From the IMG/VR virus record IMGVR_UViG_3300025651_000001: 60,471 bases of DNA, one strand, 5' to 3'. This stretch comes from a virus. Below, piece after piece: positions 6,823 through 16,181 of the stretch (positions are counted from its first letter, which is position 1; every line of letters starts with the position of its first letter). Made by a program: the position numbers and the translations under genes. A model generated the notes under the pieces. That model did no database searches. It saw nothing but the letters and a program-made list of their open reading frames with translations, and was not told the origin of the DNA.

Positions 6823-7126
6823 CGGACAGCCTCCGCTCCGCAATCCATTCTTCGCTCACCCAGAGGCCGTTCTTTTGGCCCTCCACGTGGACCACATAGC
6901 TGACCTTGCGGCGCCTGTTGGTGCGCAGCAGGTGGGGACGTTCCTGGCCCCACTGGTCGGCCACCGCGACATCGGGGCTCACGCCCGGAGGTACGACGGC
7001 CACAACACGGACCTGCCTGGGGCACTTGCCGATCAGGAGACGCATGGTGTCTCCCTTCCGGTAGACGGCTCCCTTGGGGACGCGGGTGGTGCCGCGTCCC
7101 GGCTCGCTGGTGTAGACGGTACTCAT
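6800..7126 (-). CDS. Hypothetical protein (108 aa)
   Basis: ATG lies after GAAGGGAGTGGAG. The longer ORF-track start has no RBS. Confidence 0.6.
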   Translation of the reverse strand: MSTVYTSEPGRGTTRVPKGAVYRKGDTMRLLIGKCPRQVRVVAVVPPGVSPDVAVADQWGQERPHLLRTNRRRKVSYVVHVEGQKNGLWVSEEWIAERRLSDEGTASA

Positions 7127-7214
7127 GTCTCCACTCCCTTCACTCCACGTCCTCCTGCTGGACGTAGGGAGATAATACCGTGAGCCCACCGAACCAACCG
7201 CGTGGTTTTATCTG

Positions 7215-7670
7215 TTACAGATCCAAGCCCAGCCGGCGCAAGGTTTCCTCCGGCGTCACGTCCGACACCGCCCCGTCCTTGAACATGATTTCCGACACGT
7301 TCACGTCACCCGCCTTCACCTGTGCCAGCATCTGGTCCGCCCGCTGGGCCGTGTACTGGAGGAGCTGGGCCGTCGTCTGCTCAGCCGTCCGGCCCGGCGC
7401 GTCCGCCCCCGTCCCTCCGGCCGTCTGGACGCCCAGCTGGACGTAGATGTTGGCGAACACCTCCAGAAGGCCGAGGATGTCGCGGCGCCGGTCCCTCATG
7501 CCCGCCTCGCCGGTCTCTGCCAGGTACTGGATCCAGGCCCGGTATACGGTGTCATAGGCCCGAGACTTGTACTCGTGGGCGCCGTCGGGCCCTCGGGTCA
7601 TGGCGGCCTCCGCATGACGCCGCACCAGCCTGTCGACCAGCTCAGTCATCTTATCAGTCGGGCGCGTCAT
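7215..7670 (-). CDS. Hypothetical protein (151 aa)
   Basis: Compact spacing after the upstream gene. GC3-rich. Confidence 0.65.
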   Translation of the reverse strand: MTRPTDKMTELVDRLVRRHAEAAMTRGPDGAHEYKSRAYDTVYRAWIQYLAETGEAGMRDRRRDILGLLEVFANIYVQLGVQTAGGTGADAPGRTAEQTTAQLLQYTAQRADQMLAQVKAGDVNVSEIMFKDGAVSDVTPEETLRRLGLDL

Positions 7671-7673
7671 CGC

Positions 7674-8132
7674 TCAGTCCCCCAGAAGGCCGACGAAGCG
7701 GCCTGACGAGCGGGTGGTGTCCAGCTCCTCCGGCGTGCCTAGGCGCGGCGCGGCGCCCGCCTCCCGGATGATCGGCGCCTGGAAGACGCGCACAGAGCGC
7801 GGGGAGCGCTCCTCAGCGATGACCATGACCACCTCCTGCCGGGCGGGGTGGTCGCTGGGCCGAACCGGCTCCTCCTCGGTCCGCACCCTAGTCACCCACG
7901 CCTCCAGGCAGAAGACGCACCTCACAGCGTTGTCCCGCTTGAGCGCGGCCCGCATCAGGGCTGAGATCGCCCCCTTGTGCTCCTCCCGAAAGTCGCCGAA
8001 GGCGCAGCTTACCATCGCCCCGTTCGGCCGTTCGTATGTGAGGACCGGCACATTGCCCATCTCATCGGGGCTGTAGCTGAGGTTGCCAGCGGCGATTTCA
8101 AAGGCTTCGTTGACCATCTCTTGAAGTTTCAT
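7674..8132 (-). CDS. Hypothetical protein (152 aa)
   Basis: GGAAGGGAGA RBS. First gene after the structured 390-bp intergenic region. Confidence 0.7.
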   Translation of the reverse strand: MKLQEMVNEAFEIAAGNLSYSPDEMGNVPVLTYERPNGAMVSCAFGDFREEHKGAISALMRAALKRDNAVRCVFCLEAWVTRVRTEEEPVRPSDHPARQEVVMVIAEERSPRSVRVFQAPIIREAGAAPRLGTPEELDTTRSSGRFVGLLGD

Positions 8133-8168
8133 GGCACTCTCCCTTCCTGGTTCGCGTCCCCAGGGGTG

Positions 8169-8353
8169 GGCTCAGCCGAGGGAAGGGAGGGGAACACGGC
8201 CCCTGCGCCAGATGCCCGCTGGCGCTCCCGGCTGAGCCCGCCGCTGGAGACGCGGGCTCCGGTCTGATACCGGCTGGACCGGCCGGCCCGGTAATATCAG
8301 GTTATCTCCCGTTCTCTCTGGGGTCTAGCCTGTAATCGCTGGTGCGCAGCGAT
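8169..8353 (-). promoter_or_regulatory. Structured intergenic segment with nested and serial hairpins; function unknown
   Basis: Outer inverted repeat GGCTCAGCCG (8169-8178) / CGGCTGAGCC (8229-8238) encloses the hairpin GCGCCAG-N7-CTGGCGC (8205-8225). Further hairpins lie at 8259-8273 and 8335-8353. Confidence 0.45.
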
Positions 8354-8521
8354 AGACGTTGGGCGGCTCGTCGAATATTCTGTCCCGGCGCAGCCGCAGC
8401 GCGGGTGACTGGGCGCCCACCCTCCCCTTCTCCTCGGGGTGGTCACCGTCCAGTCACCACTCCCGCCACGTGGACGGCGGGATGGCATAGAGGACCATCA
8501 GGAGGACGACGGCGGCTCCTC

Positions 8522-9091
8522 CTACAAGTTCTGGTTCCATGACAATCCCCGGAGCATGGCCTGGACCCACCGGGCCTGCGCAACCGCGTCGGCCTCTCCC
8601 TCATGGGCCACCGAGGGCGACGGGCGCAGCCGCGCGGACGGATCGTGAAGGTCAGCGAGGGTGCGCAAGCATCTCACGTTCTTGTAGCTCCACGGTATCG
8701 CCAGGCCGCAGCGCTGGTAGTACTGCTCAAGCAGAGCGATATCGAAGGTGGGTCCGTTGCCCCACACCCGGCCGCCGCGATGGTGGACGCTCGTGAGCCA
8801 GAACTCCTGCAGCCTAGACAGGGCCGTGTGTGGCGTCAACGCATTCGCCTGGCTGTCGATAAACGCGGCACGGGCCTCGTCGCTCTGTCGCATCCACCAT
8901 AGGATCGTGTTTCCCTGGACCTTGAAGCCCAGGTTGAGCGACATCGCGATGTCCACGCAGAAGCTCGTTGACTCCACCGGGCTGTCCGGGCCATCGCTCG
9001 CGTTGAAGGCACACAGACCAATCTGCGTGATTACGGAGCCGTGGTCAACGCCCAGCGTCTCAATATCGATCATCAGGTCACTGTACAACAC
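8522..9091 (-). CDS. DEDD-type 3'-5' exonuclease (189 aa)
   Basis: Motifs MIDIETLG (DxE), GNGPTFD and HEGEADA in DnaQ-like order. Confidence 0.75.
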   Translation of the reverse strand: MLYSDLMIDIETLGVDHGSVITQIGLCAFNASDGPDSPVESTSFCVDIAMSLNLGFKVQGNTILWWMRQSDEARAAFIDSQANALTPHTALSRLQEFWLTSVHHRGGRVWGNGPTFDIALLEQYYQRCGLAIPWSYKNVRCLRTLADLHDPSARLRPSPSVAHEGEADAVAQARWVQAMLRGLSWNQNL

Positions 9092-9132
9092 TGGCCGCCC
9101 TCCCCTTGCGCCGGCCCAGCAACAGGCTGTAC

Positions 9133-9747
9133 TCAGACATGGGTTCCTCCCTGCTCTCCCAACAGCCGGCGCTCGGCCTCTTCCTGCAGGATCGGCACCA
9201 GGTTCGGCGCCCGGTAGTTTGGGCCCTTCGCGATCTTGGACGCGACCTTGCCGTCGGCCAGGCGCTCCTTGGTCATGTTCGACGCGTGCACCTCCTCAAA
9301 GGCCGCGTCCTTGATCCTGTGGAGCCCCAGCGTCAGGTACGTCCCGTCAAGCACGTACTGGAGGTCAGTCAGCGCGTCGAGCGCCTTGACCAGGTCCCGG
9401 GAGGCGAACGCCTCGCTAAGCTCACTCAGTTCCTCCTGGAGGAGGCTGATGCGCTGGTGGAGCAGATTGTCATCCGCCGGGAAGCCGGGCTCCTGCGCGA
9501 TGTAGGCGTTCATGGCGCGGTGGAACTCGGCTACCATGTCGACGGTCCCGATGGTGTGGACCATCGGGTCATCGGCGCGGTCCAGGATGACCACGGTGGC
9601 GCCCGACCGGGACACCGCCGCGTAGGACGCGCCATGGGTGCGTCTCAGCAGCCAGCTGAGGTAGGCCGCAACGCGGCGCACCTTGAGCGACAGTGGCTCC
9701 TGAGCCTCCGGCTCGGGGCGCCGGCGCGGAAACAGCTTGTTGATCAA
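9133..9747 (-). CDS. MazG-like nucleoside triphosphate pyrophosphohydrolase (204 aa, TTG start)
   Basis: Helical EExxE-type segment QEELSELSEAFASRDLVKALDALTDLQYVLDGTY. GGGAGG RBS. TTGA overlap with the upstream stop. Confidence 0.55.
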   Translation of the reverse strand: MINKLFPRRRPEPEAQEPLSLKVRRVAAYLSWLLRRTHGASYAAVSRSGATVVILDRADDPMVHTIGTVDMVAEFHRAMNAYIAQEPGFPADDNLLHQRISLLQEELSELSEAFASRDLVKALDALTDLQYVLDGTYLTLGLHRIKDAAFEEVHASNMTKERLADGKVASKIAKGPNYRAPNLVPILQEEAERRLLGEQGGTHV

Positions 9748-10073
9748 TTCAGCCTCCCGCCCATCAGTTGGGAGATGAGCTTTGTCATGTCCGTCGTCTC
9801 CTCTTGCGGGGGTGGGGAGATGAGCGCGAACGTGTAGCCCAGCGACTTGTAGCGCGTGTCGAGAAGACAGTGGCTCTCATCGTCCAGACCCAAGGCGGCC
9901 CGCAGCTGCCTGAACAGGTCGTGGACCTTGGCGTCGCGCTGCAACTTCAGCATCGATGCCGTGGTCAACAGCCGGTTGATCTCGTCGTTGAAGAATTCAT
10001 TTGTCTCGTCGATCTGGTGGGCGATGGCCGCAGCCTCGCCCACCAGACGAATTGGAACGTGATCTTGATCCAT
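9744..10073 (-). CDS. Hypothetical protein (109 aa)
   Basis: GGAAGGGAGA RBS. Confidence 0.65.
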   Translation of the reverse strand: MDQDHVPIRLVGEAAAIAHQIDETNEFFNDEINRLLTTASMLKLQRDAKVHDLFRQLRAALGLDDESHCLLDTRYKSLGYTFALISPPPQEETTDMTKLISQLMGGRLN

Positions 10074-10136
10074 AGCTTTCTCCCTTCCCGCCCTATATTA
10101 TCTCCCCACGGCGCGGGCCGTTAGTGCTAATTCCTG

Positions 10137-12491
10137 TCAGAAGGGCGTATCGTCGTGGGCCTCGGGCACGTCCCACTCGCTGGTTCCCTCGTAGTTATTG
10201 TCCCAGAAGTCCCGACAGACCTCCAGGCTCGGGAGCTCATAGAAGTATTGTCGAGTGCTCGTCTGGTGCTCGCTTCCGTCGCCCATGATCTGTGTCACGC
10301 TCGTCCACCTCTGGACTGACTTGGGATAGGGGGCGGGCATCATGCGGGCGAGGAACTTGCCCAAGGCGACCCGGCTGAGAGGCTTGTACAGCCGCATCTT
10401 CTGGGCGTATTCCAGATAGTCCTCGTGCAACGCCTCCTTCAGCACCTCCCGTGGCCAGCCACCGCCCCGGACGGCGTTCAGGAGGTTACCGGTGGACAGC
10501 TTCTCGTGCCACCAGTCCTCCTCGGGGCTGAGGCTCAGCAGCTTCTGCTCACTCAGCGCGGCCGTGCGCGGGAAGGCGCGCACCTCGAAGTTGGACAGAT
10601 CGCGGCGCAGGAGCAGGTGGAGCAGAGCCTCGTAACCGCCGTTCTCCATCTGGTCGCGGATCGCGCGGAAGTAGGCGTTGTTCTGCTTTGCGCCGTCGCC
10701 CACGTCCAGGACGAAGAAACGGCGCTCGTCACCGCCGGCCGGGACGACCCACTGGCTGTTCGACGCGAGGATGATGTGGAGGAAGTTGGGCGCCGTCTCA
10801 GCGTCCACGCCCTTGCCCTCGACGATGAGGGTGTCCTCGGTGACCAGCGTCTTCAGGATGCTCTCGTGCTGCTTGTCGCCGGCATAGAACGCCTCGTCAC
10901 CGAACAGGATCACGCAGTCACGCAGGTGAGCGTTGAAGGCGCCGACGAGGTGCTTTGAGTTGCTCACCTGCAGGAAGTGGCGGCCCCACAGGTGGCCGAA
11001 GGTCCGAACGAACATCGACTTGCCGGTGCCCATCCGGCCGCGCAGCACCACGGCGACCTCGCCCGGCCGATCCGGGAACTGGACCGCGCGCGCCATCCAG
11101 TTCAGCAGGTACTCATAGTGCTCCTCGTTGCCTGAGCAGATATTGTCATGGATGTGCTTCAGGTAGAGCGAGCAATCGCCCGGCCGCGCGTCGCAGGCGA
11201 AGCCGCGCCACAGGTTGTAGGCATCCGGCGCCTCGCGGCGCGGGGCGAACACAATTGTGCGGTACTGTCGCCGCGCGGGCTGGGACAGCCACCACTTCCC
11301 AAGCGGCATCTGGATCGGCTTGCCGTCCTTGTCCTTTCCCACCTCCACCTGGATGTGCATGTAGCGGTTGCGGAAGTCCTCGAATGACTGCCGCGTGATT
11401 CGCGGCCGGTTGAGCATGGCGTCCTCAACCTCGCTGATGACCCGACACTTGCCGCCGATGTCCTCGATGACGGCGTGCTTGTCGTTCAGCTTCGCGAGCC
11501 AGGGGTTGATCGCGTCCTCACGCGCCCGGCGGATCGTGTGAGCCGCGTACTCCTCGGGCCTGGGCTTGTCGAGCACGGACGCTGAGATGCCGAAGTCTGG
11601 ATCAAGCAGCACCATCGCGATTGTGTCGTCATCGCAGCCGGCGCGGACCAGCGAGCATACCACCGCCCAAAGGGCCTCAGAGCGCGAGGGATATTTTGTG
11701 GGGTCGTCCGGGTCGTCGCCCTGGACGATGAGCATCTTGGTGCGCTGCGACACGGTATCGGGAAGGTCGTCCACCGACTTGAGGCGACCCAGGTTGCCGC
11801 TGATCTTGACGGGGCTCACACCGGAGGCCATGCTGCCGGGCATCTGGACGCGAGGCGCCGGGGTGAAGCGGCTCAGGTCATACACCCGGTCAGGGTGGTG
11901 CTCGACGACACGGGCGAGCGCGGCGCTGCGGCCCTTCCTGCGCTTGCGCTCGTCGGGCACGTTAACCGTCCCGGGGAGCCGCATGATGCGGTCGATGTTG
12001 TGGCACTTGTCGGCCTGGAGGGACACCGCGATCTGCTGGTTGTACGCCTCCAGCTCAATCCAGCGCGCCTCGTTGCCTCGGACGGTCTGGGCCTCGGCCA
12101 GCGTCCAGAAGCCCTGGAAGCCGCCGCCACTGTCCACGATCCAGGTGGGCGGCGGATCGTAACTGCGCAGCAGGCGCAGCGCCCGCTCGCGCTCCAGATC
12201 CAGGTCCTCGCCGACCCGAGGGTCCACGTCAACGTGGAGACACACCATCTCGGCAATGTCGGTCTTCTTGGCCTTGCTGGACAAGGGCTTGAGGACCTTG
12301 TTGACCGTGAAGTAGATGTTCTCAACGCCATTGCGCGCGTCGATCCACGCCCGCGCCCGATCCTCGCAGGACGGATCGAAGGTTGCGGTCACCGTGCCGC
12401 CCTGATCCGGCTTGATCGCGGTGAGCACCCACGGGCCCTGCGGGGCCCACGCGCGCAGGAACTCGATGGCCTTGTCAGTCTCTCCCCTCAC
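10137..12491 (-). CDS. Bifunctional primase-polymerase / D5-like SF3 helicase (784 aa)
   Basis: N-terminal prim-pol-like region (LHVDVDP). Walker A GRMGTGKS and Walker B-like VILFGDE in the C-terminal half. Size and layout are typical of D5/P4-type replicative primase-helicases. Confidence 0.8.
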   Translation of the reverse strand: MRGETDKAIEFLRAWAPQGPWVLTAIKPDQGGTVTATFDPSCEDRARAWIDARNGVENIYFTVNKVLKPLSSKAKKTDIAEMVCLHVDVDPRVGEDLDLERERALRLLRSYDPPPTWIVDSGGGFQGFWTLAEAQTVRGNEARWIELEAYNQQIAVSLQADKCHNIDRIMRLPGTVNVPDERKRRKGRSAALARVVEHHPDRVYDLSRFTPAPRVQMPGSMASGVSPVKISGNLGRLKSVDDLPDTVSQRTKMLIVQGDDPDDPTKYPSRSEALWAVVCSLVRAGCDDDTIAMVLLDPDFGISASVLDKPRPEEYAAHTIRRAREDAINPWLAKLNDKHAVIEDIGGKCRVISEVEDAMLNRPRITRQSFEDFRNRYMHIQVEVGKDKDGKPIQMPLGKWWLSQPARRQYRTIVFAPRREAPDAYNLWRGFACDARPGDCSLYLKHIHDNICSGNEEHYEYLLNWMARAVQFPDRPGEVAVVLRGRMGTGKSMFVRTFGHLWGRHFLQVSNSKHLVGAFNAHLRDCVILFGDEAFYAGDKQHESILKTLVTEDTLIVEGKGVDAETAPNFLHIILASNSQWVVPAGGDERRFFVLDVGDGAKQNNAYFRAIRDQMENGGYEALLHLLLRRDLSNFEVRAFPRTAALSEQKLLSLSPEEDWWHEKLSTGNLLNAVRGGGWPREVLKEALHEDYLEYAQKMRLYKPLSRVALGKFLARMMPAPYPKSVQRWTSVTQIMGDGSEHQTSTRQYFYELPSLEVCRDFWDNNYEGTSEWDVPEAHDDTPF

Positions 12492-12492
12492 C

Positions 12493-12960
12493 TCAGTCTC
12501 TCCCCATCTTGCGGAGCTGGCTCAACCGCAACTGTTGGTCGGGCGGCAGCCGGGTGGCGTCTCCGCTCAGCCAGGCAACTAGCCAGTCCTCAGCAATATT
12601 GTTCGTCCACAGCGCGGCGATCTCGCATAGCGTCGCGCGCGGCACGAAGCCGACGCGCTGCCATGCGGTGAAGCCGTCGAACAGAAGCCACTCCCGTCGG
12701 ACGCGCAGCAGGAGCCACGCGCTGTAATTCGCCCGCCACCTCCGCATCAGCCAGAGCCTCTGGTGCGGGGTGAAGTGCGGGATGCGCACGGGCGTCCCCG
12801 GCCGGCTCGGCCAGTCCGGGAGCGCCTTGAGCTCAATCCAGCCCGTCGTGATGTTCACGTCGGGCGTGCCGGCCATGGCGTCATTCTCCACCCTCACCGG
12901 GTCCATCCCCGCCCTGACCAGGATCGGTCGCAGGGTGTCCCACATTTGACTCTCGCTCAT
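12493..12960 (-). CDS. VRR-NUC / PD-(D/E)xK nuclease (155 aa)
   Basis: Motif GTPDV...GWIELK. GAGGA RBS before the ATG at 12960. Overlaps the deaminase 3' end by 80 nt. Confidence 0.6.
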   Translation of the reverse strand: MSESQMWDTLRPILVRAGMDPVRVENDAMAGTPDVNITTGWIELKALPDWPSRPGTPVRIPHFTPHQRLWLMRRWRANYSAWLLLRVRREWLLFDGFTAWQRVGFVPRATLCEIAALWTNNIAEDWLVAWLSGDATRLPPDQQLRLSQLRKMGRD

Positions 12961-13474
12961 GGCTCCAGTCCTCGTCAATCAGGTCAACCTGGATGCGCCA
13001 CCAGTTGCGCATGTACGATGCTGCCCGCAGCGCCTCGTCTCGCCAGCGCTCCTTTGACGGTGGAGGCAGCACCGCCACCACGCGCCGGATGCCCGCGAAG
13101 GCAATGTGCTTGGCGCACTCCATGCAGGGCGCCATGGACGAGTAAAGCGTGGCGCCCCGGGCCAGATGGCCGGCCCGAAGGAGCGCCGCCATCTCGGCGT
13201 GGACGACAGCCTTGTACTTTTCCTCGCGGTCGTTCCAGACGCCCAGAGGCGTGTTGGGCGGCAGGTCGTTGCACTCGGTGATCGTGACCGGCCCCCGCGA
13301 CATCTGTACGGGGAGCGCCACGCCGACACGGGTGGACGGGTCCTGCGACCGCGAGGCTGCGTCAAAGGCAAGGCGGAGGGAGGCCAGATCATCCGCCGTG
13401 ATCTTTGGCGTCCGGGGCGGCCGGCCCTTGCCCCCATATCTTGGATCCACCGCCTTCCTCGGCTTTCCAACCAT
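12881..13474 (-). CDS. dCMP (deoxycytidylate) deaminase (197 aa)
   Basis: Zinc motifs HAEMAAL and PCMECAKH. AAGGAGGA RBS. Confidence 0.85.
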   Translation of the reverse strand: MVGKPRKAVDPRYGGKGRPPRTPKITADDLASLRLAFDAASRSQDPSTRVGVALPVQMSRGPVTITECNDLPPNTPLGVWNDREEKYKAVVHAEMAALLRAGHLARGATLYSSMAPCMECAKHIAFAGIRRVVAVLPPPSKERWRDEALRAASYMRNWWRIQVDLIDEDWSHERESNVGHPATDPGQGGDGPGEGGE

Positions 13475-13501
13475 TGACCCGGTCCTCCTTTCAGCCCGCT
13501 C

Positions 13502-13720
13502 TCAAACTCTCGGCCACCGCTGGGCCACAACTTGACCACGCTCGTCGATGTCCTCAATCGCGATCTGGGCGTCGTATATCATGTTCTTGATGGCAGTCCA
13601 GACATCGACATCGTCGGGAGCCGCCCCGGCCTCGGCCCGTATCTTACGGACCTGCATCGCCACGCGGAAGCGCTCGACGCTGTCCAATAGGATGGCCAGC
13701 TGGCGATCATCCAACCTCAT
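13502..13720 (-). CDS. Hypothetical protein (72 aa)
   Basis: ATGA overlap with the upstream stop. Confidence 0.55.
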   Translation of the reverse strand: MRLDDRQLAILLDSVERFRVAMQVRKIRAEAGAAPDDVDVWTAIKNMIYDAQIAIEDIDERGQVVAQRWPRV

Positions 13721-14214
13721 TGCTCTTGTCCTCCCGCACGTCCCTCCGCCTTGGCTTTGGCCGCTGCGATGCGCGCCTGATAGATTTCGAGTTCGGCGCA
13801 GGCCCATTTCGGGTCGCCCCCATTGCGAAGCCAGGTAATGACGGCCGACAAGTCGGGCAGCGCCTCGTACATGTCTGGCGCAGCGGCGCGGAGATGGATC
13901 GACGCCATCTGGCGCTCAATCGCCTTGACAACCTGCGCCCGTTCATCGGCCGGGAAACCGACAGCAGCCTTGCATTCAGCAAGGGTGTTCTGACGAGACG
14001 AATGAGCGCATCGCCGCTCGGACCACTCAAGGGAGCCATCCGGGGCGCGGACCACAATGTCGAAGGGCCATTTATCTTCTTCGACAACGACCCAGGGTCC
14101 GAAGGCGAACGTTGGCTTACTCATGACACCCTCCATCGTATAGATCACATTGTCGAGGCGGCTGCGCATGAGCCGCGTCAGCCGCCTCGCGAGCACCTCC
14201 CACGCGTCCGTCAT
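13717..14214 (-). CDS. Hypothetical protein (165 aa)
   Basis: ATGA overlap with the DNA polymerase stop. Confidence 0.6.
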   Translation of the reverse strand: MTDAWEVLARRLTRLMRSRLDNVIYTMEGVMSKPTFAFGPWVVVEEDKWPFDIVVRAPDGSLEWSERRCAHSSRQNTLAECKAAVGFPADERAQVVKAIERQMASIHLRAAAPDMYEALPDLSAVITWLRNGGDPKWACAELEIYQARIAAAKAKAEGRAGGQEQ

Positions 14215-16181
14215 TTGGCCTCTCCCCAGCTCACGCCCACCTCCACGTCCACCTTGGACGGCAGCTCCATCCGGACACACTCGCACATGATCCGGGCCAT
14301 CCGCTCGGCCTCGGCCCGGTCAGCGACCGTCCCGTTGATCTCGTCGTGGACCTGCAGCTGCAGGTAGTGACCGGCAGCGTCCAACTCAACCATCGCCTGC
14401 TTGGTCTGGTCGGCGCTGGAGCCCTGGATGAGGCGGTTGAGCGCCTTGTGGGTCCAGTCATAGGTCCCATCGGGGAGCTGTGGGAAGCGACACCGGCGCC
14501 CAGAGTAAGTCGTGATGAAGCCGACGGCCCGGGCCCGCTTCTCGGCGGCCTTGGCCATTTCAGAGGCGAATGGCACCTTCTGGTCAAACTTGTTGATCAG
14601 GGCCTGTCCCTCGGGCCCGGCGGCCTCGAACACCCGCGCCCCCTCCCGGATCGCCTGCTGGGCAATCGGGTCCGTGGTCGGCACCACGCCGCGCCCCTTG
14701 ATGTACACGGCCAGCATCGTCGGCAGACCAAGTTTCTGGCACAGCTTTGGTCCGCCCATGCCGTAGATTTTCCCCAGGAACAGCTCCTTGGCGTCCTTGC
14801 GCTTGATGCCGGCCATGTCGGCCATCATCTGGTGGTTGTCGGTGGACGGGTCGTCCCGGTACTTGGCGGCCGCCTCCAACGCTGCCTTGAAGGCGCGCTC
14901 GCTGATCAGCCGGTGCCGCCCGGCGACGACGGCCCAGTGCACGAGCCAGCGAGGCTCCTGCTGGCTGTAGTCGTCGGAGCACCACAGCCCGCCCTCCTCC
15001 GGCAGGTAGATGGACCTCCACATCGGCCCGATCTCCTCGTCACGGGCCGGCTGCTGCTGCATGTTTGGGTTGGACGAGCTCAGGCGACCGTAGGCGGCGC
15101 CCTCGGTGTCGTCCTCGCCCTCCTTCTGGTGCCGGAGCTGGTTGAGCGTGCAGTGGATCCGCCCGTTGGTCAGGTGCTCCCGGATGGAGTTGACGAACGT
15201 GGTGCGCAGCTGGCTCATCTTCCGGGCCCGCCGCAGGTGGGCGGCGACGGGGTGATCAATTGACTCCAGGAACTCCTTGGTGATAGACGGCCCCTCCTTC
15301 GTTGTGCGCGGACACTTCACCCCTATGGCGTTGAGCGCCGGCTCAACGACGAGCGGTTTGAAGGTATCCCCGACATTGATGCGTACCCCGGTGTCCCGGG
15401 CCACCTCGGCCAGCGCGATCTCCTCCTGCTGGATCGCCCAGCGCTCTATCTGGTTCAGCCGATCCTGGTCAACCCGGATGCCGCGCCGACGCATACGCAC
15501 GAGGACGGGCAGCAACCGGCTCTCCAGGTCGAAGACGTTCCACAGGTTCTGCTCCTCAATTTCCCGCTCCTGGGCGCGCAGGATCGCGAGCGGCAACGCC
15601 ACGTCCTGCTCAGCGTAGGGTCCGACGAACCGGGCGGGCAGGCGCCAGATCCACTTCTTGACATCCTTCTCCTTCTTGCAGCCGTAGGCGAATGCCGCCT
15701 CAATCAGTCCGCGCTCATCCTTGCCCACCCCGAGGCGGCGCTGGCCGATGTTCTCCAGGCTGTAGCTGTACTGAAGCTCATCCAGAAGCGGCTCCGCGAT
15801 GGTTACATCGCGGAACCATTGAGCCTGCTTGAACTCGATGCCCTCGTTGGCGAGGCCGTCCAGATCGTACCCAAGGTTGGCTCCCACGACGGTGCCCCGG
15901 AAATTGGCTGCCTGCTCGCGCAGGTAGCCAATCACAGCATGCTCGTCCAGGTTGTCGCCCTCGGCGTGCCTGATGGGAAGGTAGAACTTTGGGCCGTCCT
16001 CGATGGCCACCGCCACGCCGGTGATGTAGGCCCCGCGTCTCCAGCCAGGTCCGAGGGTGCGCAGATGGTCGTCCCGGCTCTCGACGTCAATGGCGATCCG
16101 GCGCGCGTCGCCCCACTGGGGCAGCGAGCTGAGCGAGGGCGGGGACCAGGATGCGCAGGGCGTGAACAGCGGGAGTTGCAT
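14211..16181 (-). CDS. Family A DNA polymerase (Pol I-like with 3'-5' exo domain, 656 aa)
   Basis: Exo I IAIDVES. Pol motif A DDYSQQEPR, motif B RKDAKELFLGKIYGMG, motif C LQVHDEI. GAGGAGA RBS at the ATG at 16181. Confidence 0.9.
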   Translation of the reverse strand: MQLPLFTPCASWSPPSLSSLPQWGDARRIAIDVESRDDHLRTLGPGWRRGAYITGVAVAIEDGPKFYLPIRHAEGDNLDEHAVIGYLREQAANFRGTVVGANLGYDLDGLANEGIEFKQAQWFRDVTIAEPLLDELQYSYSLENIGQRRLGVGKDERGLIEAAFAYGCKKEKDVKKWIWRLPARFVGPYAEQDVALPLAILRAQEREIEEQNLWNVFDLESRLLPVLVRMRRRGIRVDQDRLNQIERWAIQQEEIALAEVARDTGVRINVGDTFKPLVVEPALNAIGVKCPRTTKEGPSITKEFLESIDHPVAAHLRRARKMSQLRTTFVNSIREHLTNGRIHCTLNQLRHQKEGEDDTEGAAYGRLSSSNPNMQQQPARDEEIGPMWRSIYLPEEGGLWCSDDYSQQEPRWLVHWAVVAGRHRLISERAFKAALEAAAKYRDDPSTDNHQMMADMAGIKRKDAKELFLGKIYGMGGPKLCQKLGLPTMLAVYIKGRGVVPTTDPIAQQAIREGARVFEAAGPEGQALINKFDQKVPFASEMAKAAEKRARAVGFITTYSGRRCRFPQLPDGTYDWTHKALNRLIQGSSADQTKQAMVELDAAGHYLQLQVHDEINGTVADRAEAERMARIMCECVRMELPSKVDVEVGVSWGEAK

